Source: Nitrospirota bacterium (GTDB lineage: Bacteria; Nitrospirota; UBA9217). From it: a stretch of DNA of 64,000 nt. Shown piece after piece: positions 28,355 through 38,278 of the stretch. Every line of letters starts with the position of its first letter. The first letter of the stretch is position 1. The notes under the pieces are model-generated. The model saw nothing but the letters and a program-made list of their open reading frames with translations. It did no database searches and was not told the origin of the DNA. The stretch lies in the NCBI GenBank assembly GCA_963737155.1, contig CAVTRN010000001.1:544001-608000 (forward strand), read 5' to 3'. Both the position numbers and the translations under genes were made by a program.

Positions 28355-29833
28355 TCAGGGCAAAGCTTTTTCCTTATTCTGCATGTCAATCTTCATTTTT
28401 TTCATTTTTTCGAGAAGCGTTGTACGGTTGAGCCCCAAGAGCTGTGCGGCTTTGCTTCTCACTCCACCGGCCCTTTCAAGGGCTTTCAAGATCAGGTTGC
28501 GCTCCATGGAACTTACGAGTTCGTTCAGGTCGACACCGTTCTCGCCCAGCTCAAGGTTGCTGCCTTGTTTATGAAGCGATCCCGGTGGATCCATGGTCCG
28601 GGAGGAGGACATTGTTGGGGTGGCGGTTCCCGTCTCCGAATCCTCTTGAGTCCTGAGGTGAAACTTTTCCGGAAGATCGGATAGCTCTATTACCGGGCCG
28701 CTCGCCAGAATCATGAGGCGCTCAATAAGATTTTCAAACTCCCGTACATTCCCGGGCCAGCGGTACTTTAGCATGCAATCCATGACCTGAGGGGAGAACG
28801 TGAATGGCTCCCGCTTTTTTTTCCTGCAGAACTCCTGCATGAAAAACGCTGCTAACAGAGGAATATCCTCCTGTCTCCTTCGGAGCGGCGGCAAATGGAG
28901 TGGTATGACGTTGAGGCGGTAAAACAGATCCTCCCTGAACTTCCCGTCCTTCGTCGCCTTTTCCAAGTCCTTGTTCGTAGCTGCCAGAATCCGCACATCC
29001 ACTTTGATTGTTTTCATCCCGCCCACGCGCTCGAACTCACGCTCCTGCAATACCCGGAGCAGCTTGACCTGGAGAGAGGGGTCGAGTTCCCCCACTTCAT
29101 CAAGAAAGAGCGTGCCGCGCTGGGCGAGTTCGAACCGGCCCAAGCGCGTGCTGATGGCGCCCGTGAAAGCGCCCTTTTCGTGGCCGAACAACTCTGATTC
29201 GAGGAGGTCCCTCGGTATTGCGGCGCAGTTGATCGGCACAAAGGGTCCTCCCGCACGCGACGTGTTGTTGTAATGGATGGTCTTCGCGATAAGTTCCTTG
29301 CCCGTGCCGCTCTCGCCAGTGATCAATATTGTACTGTCCGTATCGGCAATCTTCTCGATAAGTTCATAAACTTTCTGCATGCTGGGCGAGTCGCCGATGA
29401 GTCCTTTGAAGTTGTATTTCTTCTTAAGTTGCATCTTGAGCATCACGTTTTCCTTCTGGAGTTGCGAGACAGACAGCGCCTTTTCCAGAACAATCATGAG
29501 CTCGTCAAGATTAAAGGGCTTGGTGACGTAGTCGAAGGCCCCATTTCGCATGGCTTCGACGGCCGTCTGGACGGTACCGAAGGCCGTCATAACGATTACA
29601 GGTACGCCAGTCTCGGCCGCGGTAACTTCCTTAAGCACATCCATACCCGTGATTCCAGGCATGACAAGGTCGGTAAGAATAAGATCGAACTTTTCAGCTC
29701 GAACCATCTCGAGACCAGTCTCGCCGTTCTCGGCAAGAGAAACATCAAATTTCCTGTTCGTGAGAAAAGAATGGAGCACGTCCCGAACAGTGTCATCATC
29801 TTCTATTACAAGCAATTTCCCCATGCTCGACAT
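28355..29833 (-). CDS. Sigma54-dependent activator, FleQ/FlrA-like flagellar master regulator
   Basis: REC (EDD, TDLVMP), [54 protein letters not shown]. Confidence 0.9.
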   Translation of the reverse strand: MSSMGKLLVIEDDDTVRDVLHSFLTNRKFDVSLAENGETGLEMVRAEKFDLILTDLVMPGITGMDVLKEVTAAETGVPVIVMTAFGTVQTAVEAMRNGAFDYVTKPFNLDELMIVLEKALSVSQLQKENVMLKMQLKKKYNFKGLIGDSPSMQKVYELIEKIADTDSTILITGESGTGKELIAKTIHYNNTSRAGGPFVPINCAAIPRDLLESELFGHEKGAFTGAISTRLGRFELAQRGTLFLDEVGELDPSLQVKLLRVLQEREFERVGGMKTIKVDVRILAATNKDLEKATKDGKFREDLFYRLNVIPLHLPPLRRRQEDIPLLAAFFMQEFCRKKKREPFTFSPQVMDCMLKYRWPGNVREFENLIERLMILASGPVIELSDLPEKFHLRTQEDSETGTATPTMSSSRTMDPPGSLHKQGSNLELGENGVDLNELVSSMERNLILKALERAGGVRSKAAQLLGLNRTTLLEKMKKMKIDMQNKEKALP

Positions 29834-29862
29834 GCTCTACCATAACAAAATACCAGCCTTCT

Positions 29863-29968
29863 GTCAACTGTTTGACACTTAGAGTCTATTTCGGAGAAAT
29901 CCGCTGGTAATCTCCAAATGGGCTGCCATATACACGAACTTTATATAATCCTGAGTCATTCCTTTGAC
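29863..29968. promoter_or_regulatory. Two FleQ-type boxes in the fleQ-like/fliL divergent region
   Basis: GTCA-ACTGTT-TGAC (29863-29876) and GTCA-TTCCTT-TGAC (29955-29968). Confidence 0.5.
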
Positions 29969-30011
29969 AGGGGTTAAAATTATTTATTCCAATTTTTCAA
30001 TATAATAGCTC

Positions 30012-30027
30012 GGGCATGGTATTTGTA
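30012..30027 (+). promoter_or_regulatory. Sigma54-like promoter of the fliL operon
   Basis: GGGCATGGTATTTGTA (GG-N10-GT variant), similar to the flgB site. Confidence 0.55.
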
Positions 30028-30062
30028 TATAGAGAATACGTTGATAAAAGGAGGAGGTAGGT

Positions 30063-30554
30063 ATGGCTGAAGAAAAGGAATCTGCACAACCGGAAGATAC
30101 AAAGACGGCAAAAACAAAAAAAAGCAACAAGAGCCTTTTCATTATAATCGGGATTATCGTTGTCGCGCTGGCCGGAGGCGTCGCCGCATATTTGCTGCTT
30201 TTCAGTGGCAAAGGAGCAGCGCCTGAGGCCAAGCATCATGAAGAGAAAAAGGATTCGAAAACGGCTCTCATCGCCCTGGACTCCTTTGTCCTGAACCTTG
30301 CCGAGCAGGGCAGGTTCCTCAAAGTCACAATGCAGTTCGAGCTGAATGATGCCGCAGATCAGCCGCTCGTAACGGAAAAGATTCCGCAGCTTCGCGACGC
30401 CATCATCACCCTGGTAAGCAGCAAGTCCGCGGAAGCCGTATCGAGCCCTGAAGGAAAACTGCAGCTCAAGGATGAACTGCTCCTCCGCGCCGACCAGTCG
30501 GTTGGAAAAGACATTTTCAAGAATCTTTACTTTACTGAATTCGTGATGCAATAA
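30063..30554 (+). CDS. fliL: Flagellar basal body protein FliL
   Basis: Single TM, FVLNL..GRFLK, LRDAII, EGKLQLK.EL, LYFTEFVMQ. Confidence 0.95.
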   Translation: MAEEKESAQPEDTKTAKTKKSNKSLFIIIGIIVVALAGGVAAYLLLFSGKGAAPEAKHHEEKKDSKTALIALDSFVLNLAEQGRFLKVTMQFELNDAADQPLVTEKIPQLRDAIITLVSSKSAEAVSSPEGKLQLKDELLLRADQSVGKDIFKNLYFTEFVMQ

Positions 30555-30567
30555 GGGTGACCCTGCA

Positions 30568-31539
30568 ATGAGCGATATTCTCTCACAAGACGAAGTTGAC
30601 GCATTGCTTCGCGGCGTCCAGACGGGGGAAATAGAGACAGAGGACGCAAAGCAGAAGATCATGAACGGGACTCGGGCCTATGATCTCACGAGCCAGGAGC
30701 GCATAGTGCGGGGCCGCATGCCGGGCTTGGAAATGGCAAATGAACGATTTTCGCGCTTCTTCAGAAACTCTGTATCCAACCTCGTCATGAAGTTCACGGA
30801 CATCAGCATTCAAAACGTAGGGGTCGTCAAGTTTGGCGAGTTCATGAAGACCATCCCCTTTCCATCGAGCATCAACATTTTCAAGATGGAGCCGCTCAAG
30901 GGATACTCTCTCCTGGTCCTCGAGGCGCCGCTCGTTTTCGCCTTTGTGGAGTTCTTTTTCGGCGGCACTTCCGTGCGCAACGTCAAGTCCGAGGGCAGGG
31001 CGTTCACGTCCATCGAGCAACGGGTCATTAAAAAGGTGGTATCCATGGCCTTGAGCGACATGGGCTTGGCCTGGGCCGGGATTGCGCCGATCCAGCCCGA
31101 TCCGGTGGGGTCCGAAATGAACCCGCAGTTTGTGACGATTGTGACACCCAGTGAGATCGTGATCAAGATCGAAGTCCATATCGAATTTGAAGATTTTACG
31201 GGGAAGCTTTTCTTCTGCATCCCATATTCCATGATCGAGCCGGTAAAGGAAAAGCTCTACTCCGGCATTCAGGGCGACAAGTTCGATCTCGACCAGCGCT
31301 GGGTCAGCAGACTGAAGGATATCCTGATGAATTCCGAGATTGGGGTCATGGCGGAAGTAGGGAAAATAAACCTCACTTTCAGTGAACTCATGAACCTGAA
31401 GGAAGGTGAAGTTCTCGCCCTTAACAAATGCGCAAACGACGAATTGCTGATAACGGTTGAGGACGTGCCCAAATTCAGCGGGCTGCCCGGTTACAGCAGG
31501 GGAAACCAGGCCATCAGAATTACAAAGATACTTAGCTGA
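30568..31539 (+). CDS. fliM: Motor switch protein FliM
   Basis: ILSQDEVDALL CheY-binding motif, RGRMPGLE.ANERF, EMNPQF. Confidence 0.96.
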   Translation: MSDILSQDEVDALLRGVQTGEIETEDAKQKIMNGTRAYDLTSQERIVRGRMPGLEMANERFSRFFRNSVSNLVMKFTDISIQNVGVVKFGEFMKTIPFPSSINIFKMEPLKGYSLLVLEAPLVFAFVEFFFGGTSVRNVKSEGRAFTSIEQRVIKKVVSMALSDMGLAWAGIAPIQPDPVGSEMNPQFVTIVTPSEIVIKIEVHIEFEDFTGKLFFCIPYSMIEPVKEKLYSGIQGDKFDLDQRWVSRLKDILMNSEIGVMAEVGKINLTFSELMNLKEGEVLALNKCANDELLITVEDVPKFSGLPGYSRGNQAIRITKILS

Positions 31540-31654
31540 TCGAAGGACTGATGCAGGCAGAGTGATAGCAGAACGCTGGCGGGTCGCTGGGCTTGGTTCC
31601 GCGTTCGGAAATTCGTGATTGGATGCTATCAAAAGTTTTGTGAAAGGAGACATT

Positions 31655-32011
31655 ATGGAACAAGTACCGGTGCAAAGCAAGCCCCAGACACCGCCTCCCG
31701 CAGGAGCGCACTTCGAGGAACTCAAGGCAGACAAGAGTCCGGCCCAAATGCAGCGGGACATGGATTTTCTCCTTGACATTCCGCTTGAAATAACGGTCGA
31801 GCTGGGCAGAACGCGCATGTTCATCAAGGATCTTCTCCAGCTCGGGCAGGGATCGGTCATTGAACTCGACAAGATCGCCGGCGAGCCCATGGAAATCCTG
31901 GTGAACGGCAAACTCGTGGCGCGCGGTGAGGTCGTAGTGGTCAACGAAAAGTTCGGGATCCGCCTCACCGATATCATCAGCCCGACGGAAAGGATCCGGC
32001 AACTCAAATGA
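31655..32011 (+). CDS. fliN: Motor switch protein FliN
   Basis: [34 protein letters not shown]; AGGAG SD before 31655. Confidence 0.96.
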   Translation: MEQVPVQSKPQTPPPAGAHFEELKADKSPAQMQRDMDFLLDIPLEITVELGRTRMFIKDLLQLGQGSVIELDKIAGEPMEILVNGKLVARGEVVVVNEKFGIRLTDIISPTERIRQLK

Positions 32012-32379
32012 TGGACCTCTATCTTCATATGGGCATGGCTCTCGTCCTTGTCAGTGGGCTGATTTTTTTGCTCGGCCGCTTTTTCAAGAAACGCCAGGAG
32101 AAGGAGAGCCTGATGAAAATCATGGGATATCAGTCTCTCGGTCCGAAAAAGGGCATCGCCATGGTCAAAGTCGGGCCCGAGGTGCTTCTCGTCGGCGTTA
32201 CGGCGACCGATATAAAGCTCCTGAAGACGATGGACGCGGTCGTCGAGGAGCGGGAGACGGAAGCCCCGCACCATCCCCAGGCCATGCAGAAAGTCATTAC
32301 GGCCGATGCTTCCGAAAAGCTCCAAAAACTGAGAGCCCTAAAGGGCGCATTAAAGGACTCGCTGTATGCAATTAAATGA
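32008..32379 (+). CDS. fliO: FliO
   Basis: N-terminal TM, SLGPKK.I..VKVG.E.LLVGVT. Confidence 0.88.
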   Translation: MMDLYLHMGMALVLVSGLIFLLGRFFKKRQEKESLMKIMGYQSLGPKKGIAMVKVGPEVLLVGVTATDIKLLKTMDAVVEERETEAPHHPQAMQKVITADASEKLQKLRALKGALKDSLYAIK

Positions 32380-32998
32380 TCCCGTCATCCAAGTTTTCCT
32401 GATCATCAGTTTTCTTTCATTCCTGCCGGCAATCCTGGTCATGGTCACCTCGTTCACCAGGATCGTGGTGGTGCTTTCATTCCTACGTCAGGCCATCGGT
32501 GGACAGCAGACTCCGCCGAACCCGGTGATTATCGGCCTTTCCATCTTTTTAACGTTTTTCGTAATGTCACCGACCATCGATGCGGTAACCAAGGATGCAA
32601 TCAACCCATACCTTGACAAGAAAATAACGATTCAGCAGGCATTGATCGTAGCAGCGCCGCCGCTTAAAACCTTCATGCTGAGGCAGACACGCGAGAAAGA
32701 CATTGCGCTTTTCCTGAATATCGCAAAGACAGAAGCGCCTGCGACTCCGGCAGAGCTGCCCATGCGGATCGTGGTTCCAGCGTTTGCCATCAGCGAGCTG
32801 AAAACCGCCTTCGAGATCGGATTTCTTATTTTCCTGCCGTTCCTCATTATCGACATCGTCGTCTCGAGCGTTCTTCTTTCCATGGGCATGATGATGCTGC
32901 CGCCGTCCCTCGTGTCGCTTCCCTTCAAACTGTTGCTCTTCGTGCTGGTAGATGGGTGGCACCTCGTCGTGGGAACACTCGTAAGGAGTTTTCAATGA
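32366..32998 (+). CDS. fliP: Export gate FliP
   Basis: TSFTRIVVVL, QTPPN, PAFAISELKTAF, MGMMMLPP..VSLPFK. Confidence 0.96.
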   Translation: MQLNDPVIQVFLIISFLSFLPAILVMVTSFTRIVVVLSFLRQAIGGQQTPPNPVIIGLSIFLTFFVMSPTIDAVTKDAINPYLDKKITIQQALIVAAPPLKTFMLRQTREKDIALFLNIAKTEAPATPAELPMRIVVPAFAISELKTAFEIGFLIFLPFLIIDIVVSSVLLSMGMMMLPPSLVSLPFKLLLFVLVDGWHLVVGTLVRSFQ

Positions 32999-33264
32999 AT
33001 ATCGATCTGGTAAAAGAGATTTCCGGTGAGGTCTTCAAGACCGTTCTGATCGTTTCAGCTCCTGTGCTTCTGGTAAGTCTCGTTGTGGGACTTGTGATAA
33101 GCCTGTTCCAAGCCGTTACCCAGATACAGGAATTTACTCTGACCTTCGTGCCGAAGATCATCGCCGTTTTCATCACCCTTTTTCTCTTCTTCCCGTGGAT
33201 CGCGAGAATCCTAGTAACTTACACGACGGACCTGTACACGAAGATCCCAGTGTATATAAAATAG
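32995..33264 (+). CDS. fliQ: Export gate FliQ
   Basis: VGLVISLFQAVTQIQE.TLTFVPK; ATGA overlap with fliP. Confidence 0.95.
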   Translation: MNIDLVKEISGEVFKTVLIVSAPVLLVSLVVGLVISLFQAVTQIQEFTLTFVPKIIAVFITLFLFFPWIARILVTYTTDLYTKIPVYIK

Positions 33265-33303
33265 CAGTTCATCCGGAGTTCGGAGTACGGAGTGTCTCGT
33301 ATT

Positions 33304-34056
33304 ATGGAATCACTGACCAAATACATACCCACTTTTCTCTTCATCCTTCTCCGGGCGGGGATTGTGCTGAATATGCTCCCCTTTCTCAGCAGCACAAATT
33401 TTCCGCCGCAGTTCAGGATCGGACTTGCCGTGGCCGTCGCGCTCGTTCTCACGCCGGCTGTGAACTTCGCGGTGCCGAAAACCGACATACCCCTTGTCGT
33501 TATCCGGGAGGTCATGTTCGCCATGATCTTCGGCTTCGCGGCAAGATACGTATTTTATGCTGTGGACATGGCCGGCCAGATGATGAGCGACGCCACAGGG
33601 CTTTCCATGGCCACGATTATCAATCCCGAAATCGGTCAGTCCACCGACCTATCGCAAATTTTCAGTATCATCGCCACGTTGCTCTTCTTTGCCGTCGATG
33701 CACACCACGATCTTATTATGATCTTCGTAAAAAGCTATGAATGGGTACCAGCAGGAACCATCAGCGCTACGGGGATGATGACAGCCGCGGTATCCCTGAC
33801 GGCGCGGATGTTCGTGATCGCGCTCAAGATCAGCGCCCCAGTCATGATTATCATGCTGATTACGCATATACTCCTCGGCTTTGTCGCAAAGGTGGCTCCG
33901 CAAATGAATGTTTTTTTCGTCGGATACCCTCTGTACCTCTTCCTGGGGTTCTTGACGATGGTCGTCAGTCTTCCCGTTTTCACTTATGTCATGGGAGGAT
34001 ATTTCAAGGGCATCCCCGAGGAAGTCGGTAGGGTCATGCTGCTGATGAAGCAGTAA
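33304..34056 (+). CDS. fliR: Export gate FliR
   Basis: MAGQMM....GLSMA..INP, DAHH, ALKISAP, APQMNVFFVGYP. Confidence 0.94.
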   Translation: MESLTKYIPTFLFILLRAGIVLNMLPFLSSTNFPPQFRIGLAVAVALVLTPAVNFAVPKTDIPLVVIREVMFAMIFGFAARYVFYAVDMAGQMMSDATGLSMATIINPEIGQSTDLSQIFSIIATLLFFAVDAHHDLIMIFVKSYEWVPAGTISATGMMTAAVSLTARMFVIALKISAPVMIIMLITHILLGFVAKVAPQMNVFFVGYPLYLFLGFLTMVVSLPVFTYVMGGYFKGIPEEVGRVMLLMKQ

Positions 34057-34096
34057 GAGTGGAAACGTTCGGAATCCGGTGTAACGAGCAAGGAAT

Positions 34097-35131
34097 ATGG
34101 CAGAAAACGAAGACAGAACAGAACAAGCAACACCAAGACGACGCCAAAAGGCTCACGAAAAGGGTCAGATCGCGCGTAGCCGTGAACTCGTCGGGATGTC
34201 CACTACGGCGGGCATTCTGTTCGTGTTTTACATGGCGGGAACATCATTCATGAAAAATGTGACCGGGCTTACCACTAGGCTTCTGAGCCTCGGTTACGGC
34301 AAGGACCCCATGACTGTGATGCGATCGGCGTCGCTGCAAACAATGCTGATTTTGGCGCCTTTTTTCACGGTCGCCGTCGCGTTTGCCCTGTTTTCCAGCG
34401 TGGCCCAGGGAGGTTTCCTGTTCAAACCCCTTGCCCTCGATGCGTCAAGGCTCAATCCTCTTTCGGGTTTTAAAAATCTATTTTCGATCACCGCCCTCCC
34501 GGGCCTGATCAAGAGCATATTCAAATTCGGCGTTGGCATCGCCTTGTTCTTTATCATAGCAAGACAAGCGCTTCCTCTTGTGCCCGCTACCATGGCGATG
34601 GACCTGCCGCAAATCCAGTCCATAGCCTTCGGTCTCGCGAACAAGACCGCGTTCTATGCTCTCGCGATCTTTTTCGTGCTTGCCCTGGCAGATTATTTCT
34701 ACGAACGGTGGAAGTTCGAACGGTCCATCAGGATGTCCAAGGAAGAGATCCGTGAAGAATTCCGCGAGTCCGAAGGCGACCCGCACATCAAAGCAAAGAT
34801 CAAGAACCTGCGGAGAGAAGTGGCGCGCCGCCGAATGATGAAGGCGGTACCCCAGGCCACTGTTGTGATCACCAACCCGACGCACATCGCCGTAGCGCTC
34901 GTGTATAAAAAGAACGAAGCTTCGGCCCCGAAAGTCGTCGCAAAAGGCAAGGGGTACGTAGCCGTGAAAATCAGGGACCTTGCGCGCCAACACGGCATCC
35001 CCATCATGGAGGACAAGCCGCTGGCACGGGCGCTCTTCAAGGTTAAACTCGACTCGTTCATTCCAGCGGAGCTGTATAAAGCCGTAGCAAGGATACTCGC
35101 CTACATTTATAAATTGAGAGGAGCGGCCTAA
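34097..35131 (+). CDS. flhB: Export protein FlhB
   Basis: RTEQATPRR, EGDP, VVITNPTH autocleavage motif, PLARAL. Confidence 0.96.
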   Translation: MAENEDRTEQATPRRRQKAHEKGQIARSRELVGMSTTAGILFVFYMAGTSFMKNVTGLTTRLLSLGYGKDPMTVMRSASLQTMLILAPFFTVAVAFALFSSVAQGGFLFKPLALDASRLNPLSGFKNLFSITALPGLIKSIFKFGVGIALFFIIARQALPLVPATMAMDLPQIQSIAFGLANKTAFYALAIFFVLALADYFYERWKFERSIRMSKEEIREEFRESEGDPHIKAKIKNLRREVARRRMMKAVPQATVVITNPTHIAVALVYKKNEASAPKVVAKGKGYVAVKIRDLARQHGIPIMEDKPLARALFKVKLDSFIPAELYKAVARILAYIYKLRGAA

Positions 35132-37167
35132 TGAACGTTCTCGCACAGGTGCAGCAGAGGGGCGATGTTATCGTCGCCGTAAGCGTGGTATCCATAGTCG
35201 GCGTCATGATTCTGCCGGTTCCCGCTTTCGTTCTGGATATGCTGCTGTCCTTCTCCATCTCCCTAGCCATCGTTATTTTGGTCTCGGCGGTTTATGTCCG
35301 CAGGCCCCTTGACCTGTCCGTGTTTCCGTCCCTCCTCCTGATGACAACGCTCTATCGCCTGTCGCTCAATATCGCTTCTACGCGGCTTATCCTGCTCAGA
35401 GGGAACGAAGGGATCGACGCCGCGGGCCAGGTGATCAAGTCCTTCGGCAGCTTCGTCGTCGGCGGGAATTACGCCGTGGGTTTCATCATATTCCTGATCC
35501 TCGTGGTCATCAACTTCGTCGTCATCACCAAGGGTTCCGGCAGGATAGCCGAAGTGGCCGCACGGTTCGTCCTCGACGCCATGCCGGGTAAGCAGATGGC
35601 TATCGACGCAGATCTGAATGCCGGCATCATCAACGAAACGGAGGCCCGGAAGCGGCGCGCCACCGTGGCGCAGGAAGCCGATTTCTATGGCGCCATGGAC
35701 GGCGCGAGCAAGTTTGTACGCGGCGACGCCATCGCCGGCCTCATCATTACCGGAATCAATATCCTCGGTGGGTTCGCCATCGGTGTCCTGCAGCAGGGCA
35801 TGCCCTTCGTCGAAGCCGCGAAAACCTACACAGTCCTGACTATCGGCGACGGCCTGGTCGCCCAGATACCGGCGCTCCTCATCTCCACAGCGGCTGGTAT
35901 GGTCGTGAGCCGGGCCGGCTCCGAGTCCGACATGGGCAGGGACATTACCCGGCAGCTCTTCGTCAACCCCAAGGTCCTATTTACAGCCGCAGGCATTATG
36001 GCCACACTTGGTATGGTCCCCGGTCTGCCCCATATCCCGTTCTTCCTACTGTCAGGTGCATCCGGCGGCCTCGCCTACGCTCTCGGTAAGACCGAGGTCG
36101 AGGAAAAAGCAGCGGAGCAGAAGGTGGAGGCGCCGGCCCAGGAACCTGCCATTGAAACGCTCATCGAGCTCGAACCGTTGACCTTTGAGATCGGATACGG
36201 CCTCATACCGCTTGTCGAGGGCGGCAGCGCGAATCTGCTGAACAAGATCAAAGCCATGCGGCGTCAGCTTGCCGGCGATCTCGGGTTCGTGGTGCCTTCG
36301 ATCCATATCAAGGACAATCTCCAGCTGAGGCCCCATGAATATGCGCTCCTGCTCCGCGGCATCGAAGTTGCCCGCGGCGGAGTCATGATGGGTTACCATC
36401 TTGCTGTTCCGACGTCGGAAGCACAGAAGATAGAAGGCATACCGACGAAAGAGCCGGCGTTCGGAATGCCAGCTTACTGGATCAACGACCGCGATGTGGA
36501 ACAGGCGCAGGCCCACGGGTGCATGGTGGTCGACCCGGCGACTGCTATCGTAACGCATCTAACGGAACTCATTAAAACACATGCCTGGGAGCTCCTCACG
36601 CGGAACGAGGTGCAGAACTTGCTGGACAAAGTGGCAAAAAATTATCCTAAGCTCGTCGACGAGCTTATCCCGGTTAACCTTACTCTTGGCGGACTGCAGC
36701 GCGTTCTTCAAAACCTCCTCAAAGAGCGCGTGCCGATCAACAACCTGATCACCATCATGGAAACGCTCCTCGACCACGTGCCAGGCGTCAAGGACGCCGA
36801 AGTGCTCACGGAGTACGTGCGCCAGTCCCTTTCACGCTTCATAACCCGGCAGTACGTGGCGCAAGACGGCAGTGTCCATGTCATGACAATGGATCCGCGA
36901 TTTGATCGGGCGCTGGTACAGGCCATGGAAGCTGGCGGCGCCATCAACCCCGATGTGGTCACCAAGCTCATGAAAGCCGTTGAAAAGGCCATCGCAAATA
37001 ATCGCATGCGGGGTCAACAGCCGGTCATTCTCTGCTCCACGCAGACACGGCGGTTTTTGAAGAAAATCACGGAACGGTTCCTGCCGGCCATCGCAGTGCT
37101 TTCAAATGCCGAGATATCATCCAGTGTACGTCTCTATACGACAGGAGTGCTGAAATATGAAGATTAA
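35131..37167 (+). CDS. flhA: Export protein FlhA
   Basis: RIAEVAARFVLDAMPGKQMAIDADL, DFYGAMDGASKFVRGDA. Confidence 0.97.
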   Translation: MNVLAQVQQRGDVIVAVSVVSIVGVMILPVPAFVLDMLLSFSISLAIVILVSAVYVRRPLDLSVFPSLLLMTTLYRLSLNIASTRLILLRGNEGIDAAGQVIKSFGSFVVGGNYAVGFIIFLILVVINFVVITKGSGRIAEVAARFVLDAMPGKQMAIDADLNAGIINETEARKRRATVAQEADFYGAMDGASKFVRGDAIAGLIITGINILGGFAIGVLQQGMPFVEAAKTYTVLTIGDGLVAQIPALLISTAAGMVVSRAGSESDMGRDITRQLFVNPKVLFTAAGIMATLGMVPGLPHIPFFLLSGASGGLAYALGKTEVEEKAAEQKVEAPAQEPAIETLIELEPLTFEIGYGLIPLVEGGSANLLNKIKAMRRQLAGDLGFVVPSIHIKDNLQLRPHEYALLLRGIEVARGGVMMGYHLAVPTSEAQKIEGIPTKEPAFGMPAYWINDRDVEQAQAHGCMVVDPATAIVTHLTELIKTHAWELLTRNEVQNLLDKVAKNYPKLVDELIPVNLTLGGLQRVLQNLLKERVPINNLITIMETLLDHVPGVKDAEVLTEYVRQSLSRFITRQYVAQDGSVHVMTMDPRFDRALVQAMEAGGAINPDVVTKLMKAVEKAIANNRMRGQQPVILCSTQTRRFLKKITERFLPAIAVLSNAEISSSVRLYTTGVLKYED

Positions 37168-38278
37168 AAAATTCACCGCTAAGACCTTTTCAGAAGCCCT
37201 CGATCTGGTTAAAAGAGAGCTGAGTAAGGACGCCGTCATTCTCTCGACGGAAGAAAAAAAGGGGTTGCGGCCCCATGTCGAAGTCACGGCAGCCGTGGAT
37301 TATGATGTAGCGGAGGGAGCAGCTCAGAGTTCGGAGTTCAGTGTTCAACGTGATGAGATGTACTCGAAACCAAAAGCACAAAACCCGAAATATGAGACCC
37401 CGCTCCCGATCCAAACTCCGTACCGCGCGATGGTGGGCGGTGACGATGGCGTCGGTGAACTGAGAGCAGAAGTTGGCAGTCTCCGGTCCATGCTCGAGTC
37501 CATGAAAAACAACGGGTACGAAGTATCGCTGCCTGCGAAAAAGCGCGCAGTACTCAATTATCTGCGCGAACGCTCGATCAGCGAGCCATTCGCTTTCCGC
37601 CTTTGCGACAAAACCTCGGAGCTGAGCGATATCCCGCTACTGCTCTCGGCAGACATCAAGGTGAAGCGGAACGACTTGACGAGGAAAGCCGTTATGATGA
37701 TCGGCCCGACGGGCGTCGGGAAAACCACGACTCTCGCCAAACTCGCGGCCCAAGCGGTAAAAGCCGGCAAAAGAGCGGCGATCATCAACCTCGATACCTA
37801 TCGGATCGGTGCCTTGGAGCAGGTGCGCATCTATGCGCGGATTCTCGGAATTCCCCTCGCAAGCGCGACGAATTCATCGGAATTCAAAGCCTGCCTCCAG
37901 AAATTCACCACCGAACGCGATATCGTGTTCATCGATACCATGGGGAAAAATCCCCGCGACGAGGCCTACATCAACGATATAGCCGGGTTCTGCTCCCTCG
38001 ATATTCCGATCGAACTGCACCTCCTCATGAGCGCGGGCACGGACGACGAATCGATGATAGAGGCCTACCGGTCGTACCGGAGGCTGCCCATCGACTACCT
38101 CGGTTTCAGCAAAGTCGACGAGGCGGTCCGGTTCGGCTCGCTCTATAATCTACTCCTCACCTATCAGAAGCCGGTTGCCTGGCTGACAACAGGGCAGCGA
38201 GTCCCCGGAGACATAGAGCAGGCCACCGTGAAGCGGCTGGCAAGTCTTATCATGACAAAGGAGTGCCCGGTATGTTGA
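37157..38278 (+). CDS. flhF: SRP-like GTPase FlhF
   Basis: GPTGVGKTTTLAKLAA, DTYRIGA.EQ, SKVDE, GQRVPGDI. Confidence 0.95.
   Translation: MKIKKFTAKTFSEALDLVKRELSKDAVILSTEEKKGLRPHVEVTAAVDYDVAEGAAQSSEFSVQRDEMYSKPKAQNPKYETPLPIQTPYRAMVGGDDGVGELRAEVGSLRSMLESMKNNGYEVSLPAKKRAVLNYLRERSISEPFAFRLCDKTSELSDIPLLLSADIKVKRNDLTRKAVMMIGPTGVGKTTTLAKLAAQAVKAGKRAAIINLDTYRIGALEQVRIYARILGIPLASATNSSEFKACLQKFTTERDIVFIDTMGKNPRDEAYINDIAGFCSLDIPIELHLLMSAGTDDESMIEAYRSYRRLPIDYLGFSKVDEAVRFGSLYNLLLTYQKPVAWLTTGQRVPGDIEQATVKRLASLIMTKECPVC
37324..37389. repeat. Heptamer tandem repeats inside the flhF linker
   Basis: TCAGAGT-TCGGAGT-TCAGTGT-TCA, then ACTCGAA-ACCAAAA-GCACAAA-ACCCGAA. Confidence 0.5.

Noticed and set aside
30583-32325. 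580-aa antisense ORF
   Set aside because: Shadow of fliM/fliN/fliO; no recognisable motifs
32366-32998. FliP lacking a cleavable N-terminal signal peptide
   Set aside because: Short FliP forms occur in other lineages and all core motifs are intact
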